Source of the DNA: Kiritimatiellia bacterium
Lineage (GTDB): Bacteria; Verrucomicrobiota; Kiritimatiellia; RFP12; UBA1067
Direction: 5' to 3'
Length of the DNA: 64,000 bases
Assembly (NCBI GenBank): GCA_017447805.1
Contig: JAFSMR010000039.1
Location: 33,865-97,864 of the forward strand
Below, piece by piece: positions 1 to 8,473 of the stretch. The notes beneath the pieces were generated by a model. That model ran no database searches. It had not been told where the DNA came from and saw nothing but the letters and a program-made list of their open reading frames with translations. The first letter of the stretch is position 1. The number at the start of each line of letters is the position of its first letter. Made by a program: the position numbers and the translations under genes.

Positions 1-165
1 TACTTGCGTCCGTGGACGAAGGTAGCGTCAAAAAATAAACGGTACTTGCGACCGTGGACGAAGGTAGCGTCAAAAAATAAACGGTACTTGCGACCGTGGA
101 CGAAAGTAGCGTCAAAAAATAAACGGTACTTGCGTCCGTGGACGAAGGTACCGTCAAAATTTTGA
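1..165. repeat. Tandem 42-bp direct repeat, 4 copies, array cut by the window edge
   Basis: Head-to-tail units at 1-42, 43-84, 85-126 and 127-~165 (TACTTGCG[T/A]CCGTGGACGAA[G/A]GTA[G/C]CGTCAAAAAATAAACGG). There are no spacers. Each unit carries short palindromes (CGTC..GACG, GACG..CGTC). Confidence 0.9.
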
Positions 166-186
166 ACCTACTTTCGCCCACCTCTC

Positions 187-207
187 AATTCCTAATTCCT
201 AATTCCC
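187..207. repeat. Heptamer microrepeat (AATTCCT)x2 + AATTCCC
   Basis: Read directly at 187-207. Confidence 0.8.
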
Positions 208-253
208 AGAAACGGGCGGGACAAGCGCAGCCTACCGAACCCGGCGGTGAGCC

Positions 254-1945
254 CTAGCTTTCTTCTGTAACGCGCATGATTTCTTTTACAGATGTAACGC
301 CGGCGAAGGCTTTTGCCCAGCCATCCTCGCGAAGAGTCTTCATGCCTTTTGAAAGCGAAAGATTGCGGATTTGAGTCGCGTTTTCGCGTCTTACAATCGC
401 CCCTTCTATATCTTCATCGACATCAAGGACTTCAAAAAGCGCGCGGCGTCCTTTGTAGCCCGAACGCGCGCACTGATCGCAGCCGACCGGCTCGAAGACA
501 GTATCTTTTGCCGGCGGATATGGAAGATTATAATATTTAAGATCGATCGGAACCTCGCGCTTGCACTTCGGGCAAAGGCGGCGGCAAAGACGCTGACCCA
601 TTACGCCCGCTACGGCAGATGCAATCAAAAACGGCTCTACGCCCATATCGATTAGACGCGGGAATGCGCCTGCGGCATCATTGGTGTGCAATGTCGAAAA
701 CACCATGTGACCAGTGAGAGAAGCGTTAATTGCGATTTCGGCCGTCTCGCGGTCGCGGATTTCACCGACCATTATGATATCGGGGTCTTGACGCAAAAAC
801 GCCCTAAGAGCGCGCGCAAAATTCATGCCGATATCAGCTTGCATCTGAACCTGATTGATGCCGGCCATGTGATATTCAATAGGGTCCTCGGCCGTCATAA
901 TCCTAACATCCATCGTATTCACTTCCGAAAGGAAGGAATATAGCGAGGTAGATTTACCGCTACCTGTAGGGCCGGTCACGAGGAAGATTCCATTGGGCCT
1001 ATGGATAATTTTATTGACGACTGCAAAATCGCGCTCGTTGAACCCGAGGTCTTGCATCTTTACGAAATTGCCGCTCTTGGCAAGAAGACGAAGCGAAATA
1101 GATTCGCCATACGCCGCCGGCATGGTAGAGACGCGAATATCGATATCTTGTCCGCCAATCTTGATTCCGATTCTGCCATCCATCGGCAAACGTTTTTCCG
1201 CTATATCGAGATTGGCCATTACCTTGATACGCGAAATAATTGCGGATTTAAGTCTATTGAGCTGCGGCGGAACATCCACCTTATGGAGCATGCCATCGAT
1301 TCTATAGCGGATTCTGAGCTCAGTTTCCTGCGGCTCGATGTGGATATCTGTTGCGCCCTGACGGTCGGCTTCGGCGATAATCTGGTTGACGAAACGGACG
1401 ATTGAGGCTTCCTCGCCCATTTCATTGACATCGATTTTCGTCATGGCGCCGAGATCTTCATCTACGGAATAACGCCCATCATCGATCATTTTCTCGATTG
1501 CATCTGCGCCTACGCCATAATATTTCTTAATGGCCTTTTCAATCGTCTCGTGAGGGGCAAGAAGAGTATTCACCCTAAGGCCGGTCATCAACCTGAGGCC
1601 ATCGGCGGCTTTCGTATCGAACGGGTCGCCTGTTACAATCGTGAGCGCAGCTTCATCTTTGAGAAACGGCAAAACATTGAACTGATAAACGGCGCTGGCG
1701 GGAATTGAAGTAAGCGCATCCGGGGTAGGCTCGCGATTTTCTAGATCTATTACTTTCAAATCGAGCGATTTTGCGACAGCCTCGAGGAATTCAGCTTCCT
1801 TCGCACCACCGAATTTCACTGCGGCCTCGGCAAGCCCCATTCCCGGGTTTTCCGCGCGGCGCGCAATGATATACTCGATTTTATCGTCGCCGTAGATTCC
1901 GGCGGCTTTAAGCATCAATTTCGAAAGCGAGCCTTTTTCGTCCAT
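254..1945 (-). CDS. GspE/PilB-family secretion ATPase (type II secretion / type IV pilus assembly)
   Basis: 563-aa ORF with Walker A GPTGSGKST, a C-terminal tetracysteine (CPKCK...CDQC) and an N-terminal T2SSE_N-like region. Confidence 0.9.
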   Translation of the reverse strand: MDEKGSLSKLMLKAAGIYGDDKIEYIIARRAENPGMGLAEAAVKFGGAKEAEFLEAVAKSLDLKVIDLENREPTPDALTSIPASAVYQFNVLPFLKDEAALTIVTGDPFDTKAADGLRLMTGLRVNTLLAPHETIEKAIKKYYGVGADAIEKMIDDGRYSVDEDLGAMTKIDVNEMGEEASIVRFVNQIIAEADRQGATDIHIEPQETELRIRYRIDGMLHKVDVPPQLNRLKSAIISRIKVMANLDIAEKRLPMDGRIGIKIGGQDIDIRVSTMPAAYGESISLRLLAKSGNFVKMQDLGFNERDFAVVNKIIHRPNGIFLVTGPTGSGKSTSLYSFLSEVNTMDVRIMTAEDPIEYHMAGINQVQMQADIGMNFARALRAFLRQDPDIIMVGEIRDRETAEIAINASLTGHMVFSTLHTNDAAGAFPRLIDMGVEPFLIASAVAGVMGQRLCRRLCPKCKREVPIDLKYYNLPYPPAKDTVFEPVGCDQCARSGYKGRRALFEVLDVDEDIEGAIVRRENATQIRNLSLSKGMKTLREDGWAKAFAGVTSVKEIMRVTEES

Positions 1946-1948
1946 ATT

Positions 1949-3781
1949 TTACATATTGCCGATTACGGCTTTAATGCGGCGCACACCGGCTGAAGAAGAT
2001 TGCTCTTTTTGTATCTTGAACGAGCCAAGTTCCTTCGTATTGGCTACATGGGGGCCGCAGCAGATTTCCTTCGATATGTCGCCGATTGTATAAAGAGTTA
2101 CCTCTTCACCGTACTTCGAGCCGAAGAGGGCCATCGCGCCTTCTTTCTTGGCTTCCTCGACGGTCGTAGTCTTTTTCGTTACGTCGATTCCGGCCTGAAT
2201 CCATTCATTTACGAGCCTTTCGGTTTCCTTAATCTGCTCGTCGCTCATCTTTTCGGGCCAAGTGAAATCGAATCTCAGGCGTTCAGGGGTAATATTCGAA
2301 CCTTTCTGATTCGCGGTAGGGCCAAGGACCTTGTGAAGCGCCGCGTGCAAAAGGTGAGTAGCGGTATGCATACGCGTAACGACTTCGCTATTATCCTGGA
2401 GGCCGGCCTTAAAGGAACCTGCGCTCGTCGTGCGGCTAAGCTCTTGATGCTTGCGGTTGGCTTCCTCAAAGCCTTCCTTATCGACCCCGAGGCCTGCTTT
2501 TGCGGCCATTTCGAGCGTCATCTCGAATGGGAAGCCGAAAGTATCGTAAAGCTTAAAGGCTGTCTTGCCGCTGATTTGATTTTGGCCATGAAGCTTAAGC
2601 TGCTCGGCGACTTTATTGAACATCGCCTCGCCTTTATCGAGAGTTTGATTAAAGCGATTTTCTTCTGCGGCCAAATCCGCCTTGCACTGCGCTAGATTTT
2701 CCGCGAGTTCCGGATAGACATGGGCGTATTTCTTCGATATCACATCGGCCAGCTGCGGGGTGAAGCCCGGCGCGATACCAAGCTGGCGCGCGTAACGCAC
2801 TGCGCGGCGAATGAGGCGACGCAATACGTAATTCGCGCCGACATTGCCCGGCTTTACGCCACCCTTCGGGTCGCAAAGAATAAAGGTAGCCGTCCTCATG
2901 TGGTCGGCGATAATCCTGCGCGCACGAAGAATTTCATCATCGCAGAGGCCCGATGCACCGCCTTCGGCCGGGCGAAGAGCATCTATCGCCGCCATAATCG
3001 GCGCAAAGATTTCCGTATCATATACCGTTGGCGCGCCGGAAAGCATGCATACCGTTCTTTCTACGCCCATTCCCGTATCGACATTATGGCGACCAAGCGG
3101 CTCATATTTACCCTCGGCATTCTTGTTGTATTGCATGAATACATCGTTCCAAATTTCGATATATTTCCCGCAATGGCATCCAGGACGGCAGTTTTCAGAG
3201 CATTTCGGCTTGCCGGTATCGATAAACATTTCGGTATCTGGTCCGCATGGGCCTGTAGTGCCGGCAGGTCCCCACCAGTTGTCTTCGCGCGGAAGGCGAT
3301 AGATTCTTTCGTCTGGGATACCGAGGCTGCGCCAAATCGCGGCGGCTTCTTCGTCAGCAGGAATATACCCTTCCTCGCCTTCCTTGCCCTCGCCTTTGAA
3401 GACGGTTACAGAAAGCTGATCGGGCGAAAACCCTAGCTTTGTAGTCAAAAACTCAAAGCTCCAGCTAATCGCCTCCTTCTTGAAATAGTCATTGAGCGAC
3501 CAGTTGCCGAGCATTTCAAAAAATGTCAAATGCGCCGAATCGCCTACTTCATCGATATCACCTGTTCGGACGCATTTCTGTACATCGGTAAGGCGCGTGC
3601 CGGCAGGATGGGGCATTTCGCCCATGAGATATGGCACAAGTGGATGCATGCCGGCCGTCGTAAAAAGAACTGTTGGGTCGTTTTCGGGTATTACGCTTGC
3701 GCCAGAGATAATCTTGTGGCCCTTAGATTCAAAAAATCCTAAATATGCCGAGCGCAGCTCATCCGCAGTCAAATTATTCAT
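1949..3781 (-). CDS. alaS: Alanine--tRNA ligase, compact form lacking the C-Ala domain
   Basis: 610-aa ORF with an AlaRS N-terminus (FTTAGM, FFEMLGNWS) and editing-domain motifs HxxxH (HTATHLLH) and CxxxH (CCGPHV). The ORF ends about 35 aa after CxxxH. Confidence 0.9.
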   Translation of the reverse strand: MNNLTADELRSAYLGFFESKGHKIISGASVIPENDPTVLFTTAGMHPLVPYLMGEMPHPAGTRLTDVQKCVRTGDIDEVGDSAHLTFFEMLGNWSLNDYFKKEAISWSFEFLTTKLGFSPDQLSVTVFKGEGKEGEEGYIPADEEAAAIWRSLGIPDERIYRLPREDNWWGPAGTTGPCGPDTEMFIDTGKPKCSENCRPGCHCGKYIEIWNDVFMQYNKNAEGKYEPLGRHNVDTGMGVERTVCMLSGAPTVYDTEIFAPIMAAIDALRPAEGGASGLCDDEILRARRIIADHMRTATFILCDPKGGVKPGNVGANYVLRRLIRRAVRYARQLGIAPGFTPQLADVISKKYAHVYPELAENLAQCKADLAAEENRFNQTLDKGEAMFNKVAEQLKLHGQNQISGKTAFKLYDTFGFPFEMTLEMAAKAGLGVDKEGFEEANRKHQELSRTTSAGSFKAGLQDNSEVVTRMHTATHLLHAALHKVLGPTANQKGSNITPERLRFDFTWPEKMSDEQIKETERLVNEWIQAGIDVTKKTTTVEEAKKEGAMALFGSKYGEEVTLYTIGDISKEICCGPHVANTKELGSFKIQKEQSSSAGVRRIKAVIGNM

Positions 3782-3821
3782 AATTGCCTATCATTTATCG
3801 ACTATTCATTCTGATAACAAC

Positions 3822-3898
3822 TGGTGGGGCTGCCGGGAATCGAACCCGGAACCTACGGTTTAGGAAACCGTCGCTCTGTCCAGTTGAGCTACAACCCC
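3822..3898 (-). tRNA. tRNA-Arg (anticodon CCU)
   Basis: 77-nt cloverleaf on the minus strand. Acceptor GGGGTTG/CAGCCCC, D arm GCTC..GAGC, anticodon stem ACGGT/ACCGT with loop TTCCTAA, T arm CCGGG-TTCGATT-CCCGG, and an encoded CCA. Confidence 0.9.
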
Positions 3899-3912
3899 AC
3901 AAATTGACGGGT

Positions 3913-3945
3913 ATTATACCATCTTTTTGCCCCTTCTGGCAAGGG
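3913..3945 (-). promoter_or_regulatory. Promoter for tRNA-Arg (probably also alaS and the ATPase downstream)
   Basis: On the minus strand: CCC-TTGCCA (-35), 18 nt spacer, TGGTATAAT (extended -10, 3913-3921), about 14 nt before the tRNA 5' end. Confidence 0.55.
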
Positions 3946-3950
3946 CAAAT

Positions 3951-4637
3951 TTACATTGCCCAGATGATTTCTGGCGGCGGCTGGGCACAAAAACTCACGA
4001 TTCGGCCATTGCGTGGATGAGGGAACTCCAGTTTCACCGCATGCAGCAAGGTATGGTCTTGGGGATGCTTAAGACGCAAATCGGCTTTTCTATCGCCATA
4101 CAGCTCATCGCCGACGATAGGATGGCCCAAATGGGCCGCAGCAAGGCGAATTTGATGTGTTCTGCCAGTCGTGATACGAAATTCGACCAATGCTAGCGAC
4201 CCGTTTTTCGACAAGATTTCCCAATAGGTGATTGCCTTCTTGCCGCCTTCTGGGACTATCGCCATACGCTTAGGGTCCCAGGGCTTTTTGCCGACGAGAA
4301 AATCTAGTCTACCGCTCTTTTTTCCCGGCGCGCCATGCAGGACCGCGAGATACGTCTTCGTGACTTTTGCGTGGCTTTCAAAGGCTTCGCGCAGTTTCAA
4401 GTAGCTTTTGCGATTTCGCGCAAAGACGATCGCGCCGCTCGTGCCGTAATCAAGCCGATGCACGACTCCAGGCCGCTCGGCGCTACCGACTTCGCGCATT
4501 TCTGGATATTTGGCAACGAGCAAATCGCTCAAGGTTCCAGATTCATGACCGGGGGATGGATGAGTGTAGATTTTCGCCGGCTTGTTTACGACGACAAAAT
4601 CTTCATCCTCGGCTAGAATTTCCAAGCCCCTAACCAA
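3951..4637 (-). CDS. RluA-family pseudouridine synthase
   Basis: 228-aa ORF with the HRLDYGTSG catalytic motif. No S4 domain. Confidence 0.85.
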   Translation of the reverse strand: MVRGLEILAEDEDFVVVNKPAKIYTHPSPGHESGTLSDLLVAKYPEMREVGSAERPGVVHRLDYGTSGAIVFARNRKSYLKLREAFESHAKVTKTYLAVLHGAPGKKSGRLDFLVGKKPWDPKRMAIVPEGGKKAITYWEILSKNGSLALVEFRITTGRTHQIRLAAAHLGHPIVGDELYGDRKADLRLKHPQDHTLLHAVKLEFPHPRNGRIVSFCAQPPPEIIWAM

Positions 4638-4641
4638 CTTG

Positions 4642-5652
4642 CTAGTCCGCTTTGGCCATTACCGAAAGAGCGCGTGCGAGCATTTGCATATCAGCCCTGC
4701 CCTCATCGAAATCGACTTTGACTCTTTCGTAGCGCCTTAGGCACTCTTCACGACTCGCCGCGCGAACTATTACATCGTTTACTATGCCGCTTGCAATCCT
4801 ATTCACACCCATATCCGTCGGGCTCTTGTAAGGGCACACCTCGCCCATCATACGCTCCCAGATTTCGCGCAAAATCGGGTATGCATCGATATCGCGATTG
4901 TAATTCACCCTCATCTCGCCGCCGTACGAAAGGAAGTGGTGGGGGTCGATTTGATTTTCATCGTGCAAATCCAGAGTCGCAGCTTCGTATGCTACATTCA
5001 GCGGGTGCATCAGAGGCAAATTCCATACCGGGAATGTTTCGAATTTCGCATAAGCGGCTTTATTGCCGCGCTTAGTCTCGTGATAGAGCATCGTTAGACA
5101 AGTAGCGAATTTGCCCGAGCCTGGCCCTGGTCCTGTTACGACGACAATCGGCTTTTCCGTAGGAATATAATCGTTTCTTCCGTAGCCTGAATCGCTCACG
5201 ATTGTCTCTAGATCGTTCGGATAGCCCTTGATCGGGTAATGGTAGAATACTGCGACACCCCCTTCTTCGAGAATCTTCGCAAATTCGCGCGCGGTGGGGT
5301 GCCCATCGAAGCGCGTAATTACGACTCCCCTAACGCTTATGCCATGCTCTTTCATGGCATTGATAAGTTTAAGAGTTTCCTCTTCGTAGGTAGTGCCGTA
5401 ATCTGCGCGTTTTTTCTTGGCTTCTATATCGCCGGCATAAATGCAAAGGACGAGCTCCGCCTGGTCGCCGAGGCTCTGGAGAAGCCGCAACTTTACATTA
5501 GGGTCGTAGCCCGGCAAGCATCGCGCGGCATGATTATCATTCATCAACTTGCCGCCGAATTCAAGATAGAGCTTGCCGTGCTGGCTCGCGCGTCTGCGGA
5601 TTTCTTCGCTCTGTTCCTTTAGATATTTTTCGTTGTCAAAACCGAGTTTCAT
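4642..5652 (-). CDS. DUF1846 (UPF0371) family protein
   Basis: N-terminus MKLGFDNEKYLKEQ... and the GPGPGSGK and KSPTDMGVN blocks as I remember this family. Start set at the second Met so it does not overlap the upstream stop. It appears shorter than the roughly 500 aa I recall for the family. Confidence 0.6.
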   Translation of the reverse strand: MKLGFDNEKYLKEQSEEIRRRASQHGKLYLEFGGKLMNDNHAARCLPGYDPNVKLRLLQSLGDQAELVLCIYAGDIEAKKKRADYGTTYEEETLKLINAMKEHGISVRGVVITRFDGHPTAREFAKILEEGGVAVFYHYPIKGYPNDLETIVSDSGYGRNDYIPTEKPIVVVTGPGPGSGKFATCLTMLYHETKRGNKAAYAKFETFPVWNLPLMHPLNVAYEAATLDLHDENQIDPHHFLSYGGEMRVNYNRDIDAYPILREIWERMMGEVCPYKSPTDMGVNRIASGIVNDVIVRAASREECLRRYERVKVDFDEGRADMQMLARALSVMAKAD

Positions 5653-5653
5653 T

Positions 5654-6223
5654 TCAGTGGCTCCCGTTGATTTCATCTAGGATCTTCTGTATCTTCGGTA
5701 TGCACTTGCCGCATCCGCCGCCGGCTTTCGTATAATTGGTAACTTCCTCGACGCTTGTAAGCTGGTTCTCGGTTATTACGCGGCGAACTTCGTTTTCCGA
5801 TACATTGTAACATGTGCAAAGAAGCTCGTCCTCGAGGTTCCTATCGGTATTCGCGCCAGTCTCGTAATTTTTTATCGCCGCTTCCATAGCCTCGCGCCCC
5901 ATTACTGAGCAGTGCATCTTTTGGGGCGGTAGCCCGCCGAGATAATCCGCAATCTGCTGATTTGTAATCGACTTTGCTTCTTCGAGAGTCTTGCCGATTA
6001 CCATTTCAGTAAGCGCGCTGGAAGAAGCTATCGCGCTTGCGCAACCGAAAGTTTGGAATTTCGCCTCGGTGATTTTGCCGTCTTCGCCTAGCTTGAACTG
6101 AAATTTCAACGCGTCGCCGCAAGCTAGCGAGCCAACCGTTGCCTCGCCGTCAGGATTCTCTATCTTCCCGACGTTACGAGGGTTGCGAAAATGATCCATC
6201 ATCGTCTCAGAGTAGTTCCACAT
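5654..6223 (-). CDS. nifU: NifU-like Fe-S scaffold (IscU-like N-domain plus BFD-like [2Fe-2S] domain)
   Basis: Scaffold cysteines (LACGD, FGCASA, HCSV) and a CxC...CGKC BFD-like motif. Start moved to MWNYSE (6223) because the -10 element (6251-6256) abuts the longer ORF start at 6250. Confidence 0.8.
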   Translation of the reverse strand: MWNYSETMMDHFRNPRNVGKIENPDGEATVGSLACGDALKFQFKLGEDGKITEAKFQTFGCASAIASSSALTEMVIGKTLEEAKSITNQQIADYLGGLPPQKMHCSVMGREAMEAAIKNYETGANTDRNLEDELLCTCYNVSENEVRRVITENQLTSVEEVTNYTKAGGGCGKCIPKIQKILDEINGSH

Positions 6224-6250
6224 GATTTTTACCCCTGTTTTGAAGCGCAT

Positions 6251-6284
6251 ATTGTATCATTTTTGGCTTCGCTAGTCTAGGGGG
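6251..6284 (-). promoter_or_regulatory. Promoter of the nifU-like gene
   Basis: On the minus strand: CCCCC-TAGACT, 17 nt spacer, TGATACAAT. Confidence 0.5.
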
Positions 6285-6316
6285 TAAGAAAATTTCCTCA
6301 AAAAGTTTATTTTTTA

Positions 6317-6349
6317 CCCTATGCAACGACCGCAAAAAAATGGTATAAT
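6317..6349 (+). promoter_or_regulatory. Promoter of the GT2 gene
   Basis: CCCT-ATGCAA, 17 nt spacer, TGGTATAAT (6341-6349), followed by a leader of about 57 nt with AGGAG before the ATG at 6407. Confidence 0.5.
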
Positions 6350-6406
6350 AGTTGTCACAATGGCTATGAGTAGATATAGCAAGAACAGGCGAAAGGAGCC
6401 CTACGA

Positions 6407-7690
6407 ATGACTAATCAGACATTCGCGAATATTTTTGACTTCATTTGTGTCTTTTTGAGTGTAGTATTCTTTTGGTCGACTACGATAGTGCTTATTGGCC
6501 TTATAAAGAAGGAAAAGAAGCACCCGAAGGCTGCCAAGAAGCTGAAATTCGCCGTCCTTATTTGTGCGCGAAACGAAGAAAGCGTAATCCGTTTGCCTGT
6601 AAAAAGCATTCTCCTCGGGACGTATCCTGCAGATAAGCGCGATGTAATAGTATTGGCCGACAACTGCACAGACAACACCGCGCAAAAGGCTCGCGAGGCT
6701 GGCGCGATCGTTTGGGAAAAGACAATCCCGAGCCATGGCAAGGGAGATGTTCTTACTTGGGGCATAAATAAAGTACTCGCAGACGGCAGCTATGACGCCA
6801 TAAGCGTGTTTGATGCCGATAATATCGCTTCAGATAGATTTTTCGATGAAATGAACGATGCGCTGAACGATGGCGAATATGTAGTAACAGGCCGCCGTCA
6901 TTCTTCCAACGCCAAAGCCAATGTAATCGCCGGATGGTATACCGTCTATTGGGATATGATGAATGAACTTTCCAATAGAGTCAGGACGAATCTCGGGCTT
7001 TCCGGCAAACTTACCGGCACAGGCTTTGCGTTCCTCATTTCCGCGCTGGGCAATGAGGGTTGGAAAACCCATACAATGGTCGAAGATGTCGAATTTACGG
7101 TACAAACGAACATACGCGGCAAACGCGTAGCATATGTCCCGAAGGCCGACTACGCCGATGAACAGCCCGTTACGGCAGTCTACATGTGGCGCCAGCTTCG
7201 CCGCTGGGCGACTGGCAGCTGGCAGGTCGCGCGCAGCTATTGCTGGCCGTGGCTTAAAGGAATGTTTACTCACCCATCTCTCAGATTGTTCGATAGTTAC
7301 TTCGCGATTCTAACCGGCATGTCGGTAGCTTTTATCTTGCTCTTTAATGTCGTAGCGCTTTCAGTGAAGCTTTGCTTCTCTCAATCCGATAACTCGATCG
7401 CGTGGCTGGTGTTTTTCCTGATTCTCGGCTTCGTTTTCGTAATGGGTTGGTTTACCTCGATATCGGCAGTAGCGCTATCAAAGAAGAAGCGCCGCCCGAA
7501 ATGGATTGCCGTAGCGCTCTTCCCGATATTTTCGCTAATCCTTTGCGGATCTGTCCTATATACGCTATTTTTCCCCACAAAGACGTGGAAGCCTATTCCC
7601 CATGGCACAAAGGTAGATGATGGCGTAGATCCAGAAGCGCGTCAAAAAGCCCGCAACACCAAGGCGAGCGCGGGCAACGGAGAGGAATAA
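6407..7690 (+). CDS. Membrane-embedded processive family-2 glycosyltransferase
   Basis: 427 aa. N-terminal TM segment, GT2 core (ICARNEE, DADN), QxxRW-type motif (WRQLRRW) and C-terminal TM segments. Confidence 0.8.
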   Translation: MTNQTFANIFDFICVFLSVVFFWSTTIVLIGLIKKEKKHPKAAKKLKFAVLICARNEESVIRLPVKSILLGTYPADKRDVIVLADNCTDNTAQKAREAGAIVWEKTIPSHGKGDVLTWGINKVLADGSYDAISVFDADNIASDRFFDEMNDALNDGEYVVTGRRHSSNAKANVIAGWYTVYWDMMNELSNRVRTNLGLSGKLTGTGFAFLISALGNEGWKTHTMVEDVEFTVQTNIRGKRVAYVPKADYADEQPVTAVYMWRQLRRWATGSWQVARSYCWPWLKGMFTHPSLRLFDSYFAILTGMSVAFILLFNVVALSVKLCFSQSDNSIAWLVFFLILGFVFVMGWFTSISAVALSKKKRRPKWIAVALFPIFSLILCGSVLYTLFFPTKTWKPIPHGTKVDDGVDPEARQKARNTKASAGNGEE

Positions 7691-7691
7691 C

Positions 7692-8444
7692 GTGCCAAAC
7701 TGGTATATATCGCTCCACAATCTAGTGGGCCGAGATCCATTCTTCTTCTTGCTGGAATGCGCCGGGACGTTCGCCGGCGCGATTTCAGGCGTGAGGCTAG
7801 CGAGCATAAAACGTTTCGATTGGTTTGGCGCTTACGTAATCGGCCTTGTAACTGCGCTCGGCGGAGGAACACTTCGTGATATCCTACTTAGAGTCGAACC
7901 TTTCTGGATGGCCGACCCGACTTATGTGGTAGTTTCTTTAGCCGCGGTGATTTGCATTTCGCTTTTTGGCAGACGCTTTATCGATGGCCAAATTACCTGG
8001 TATATCTGGGATACCCTTTCGATTTCATTCTTCATGGTAATCGGATTGCAAAAATCGCTAACCAACGGCTACCCATGGTGGTGCGCTATTTTCATGGGCG
8101 TTACTACAGCCGTCTTCGGCGGCATTTTGCGCGATATCTGTATAAATCAAATACCTCTCATTTTCCGCAAAGAACTCTACGCATTGGCGTGTGCCGCCGG
8201 CGGGGTAGTATATCTGATACTGAATATGGCAGGAGTCGGCAAAAGACCATGCGCTTGCATTTGCGTGCTTTCGATTTTCGCAATCCGCGCGCTCGCGATT
8301 CACTTTCATCTCGGCGTGCCAGTTTTGCGCGGCAGAAACCAATTCTCACATCACTCGCACAAAAAGAACAATCCGATTACTCGACGCGAAGCCCTTAGCA
8401 TTCAGCCGAAAATCGTAGATGCAAAATCAACAGTAAACGACTAG
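7692..8444 (+). CDS. UPF0126/TRIC-family membrane protein (YadS/YicG-like)
   Basis: Two GG(G)xLRDI motifs (GGGTLRDILL, GGILRDICI) in a 7-TM-like protein. GTG start 2 nt after the upstream stop. Confidence 0.75.
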   Translation: MPNWYISLHNLVGRDPFFFLLECAGTFAGAISGVRLASIKRFDWFGAYVIGLVTALGGGTLRDILLRVEPFWMADPTYVVVSLAAVICISLFGRRFIDGQITWYIWDTLSISFFMVIGLQKSLTNGYPWWCAIFMGVTTAVFGGILRDICINQIPLIFRKELYALACAAGGVVYLILNMAGVGKRPCACICVLSIFAIRALAIHFHLGVPVLRGRNQFSHHSHKKNNPITRREALSIQPKIVDAKSTVND

Positions 8445-8473
8445 TCACCGTAATTAAAGAACCAAATTTTGTT

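Noticed and set aside
1-165. Possible CRISPR array (regular direct repeats)
   Set aside because: The repeats are directly adjacent with no spacers, the unit is 42 bp, and no cas genes are present in the window.
2000-3436. Plus-strand ORFs of 231 and 238 aa
   Set aside because: They are antisense to alaS, which has unambiguous AlaRS motifs.
4642-5652. Truncated DUF1846 pseudogene
   Set aside because: The ORF seems about 150 aa shorter than I remember for this family. However, it ends cleanly 4 nt before the next gene with no frameshifted continuation visible, and my memory of the family length is not a measurement.
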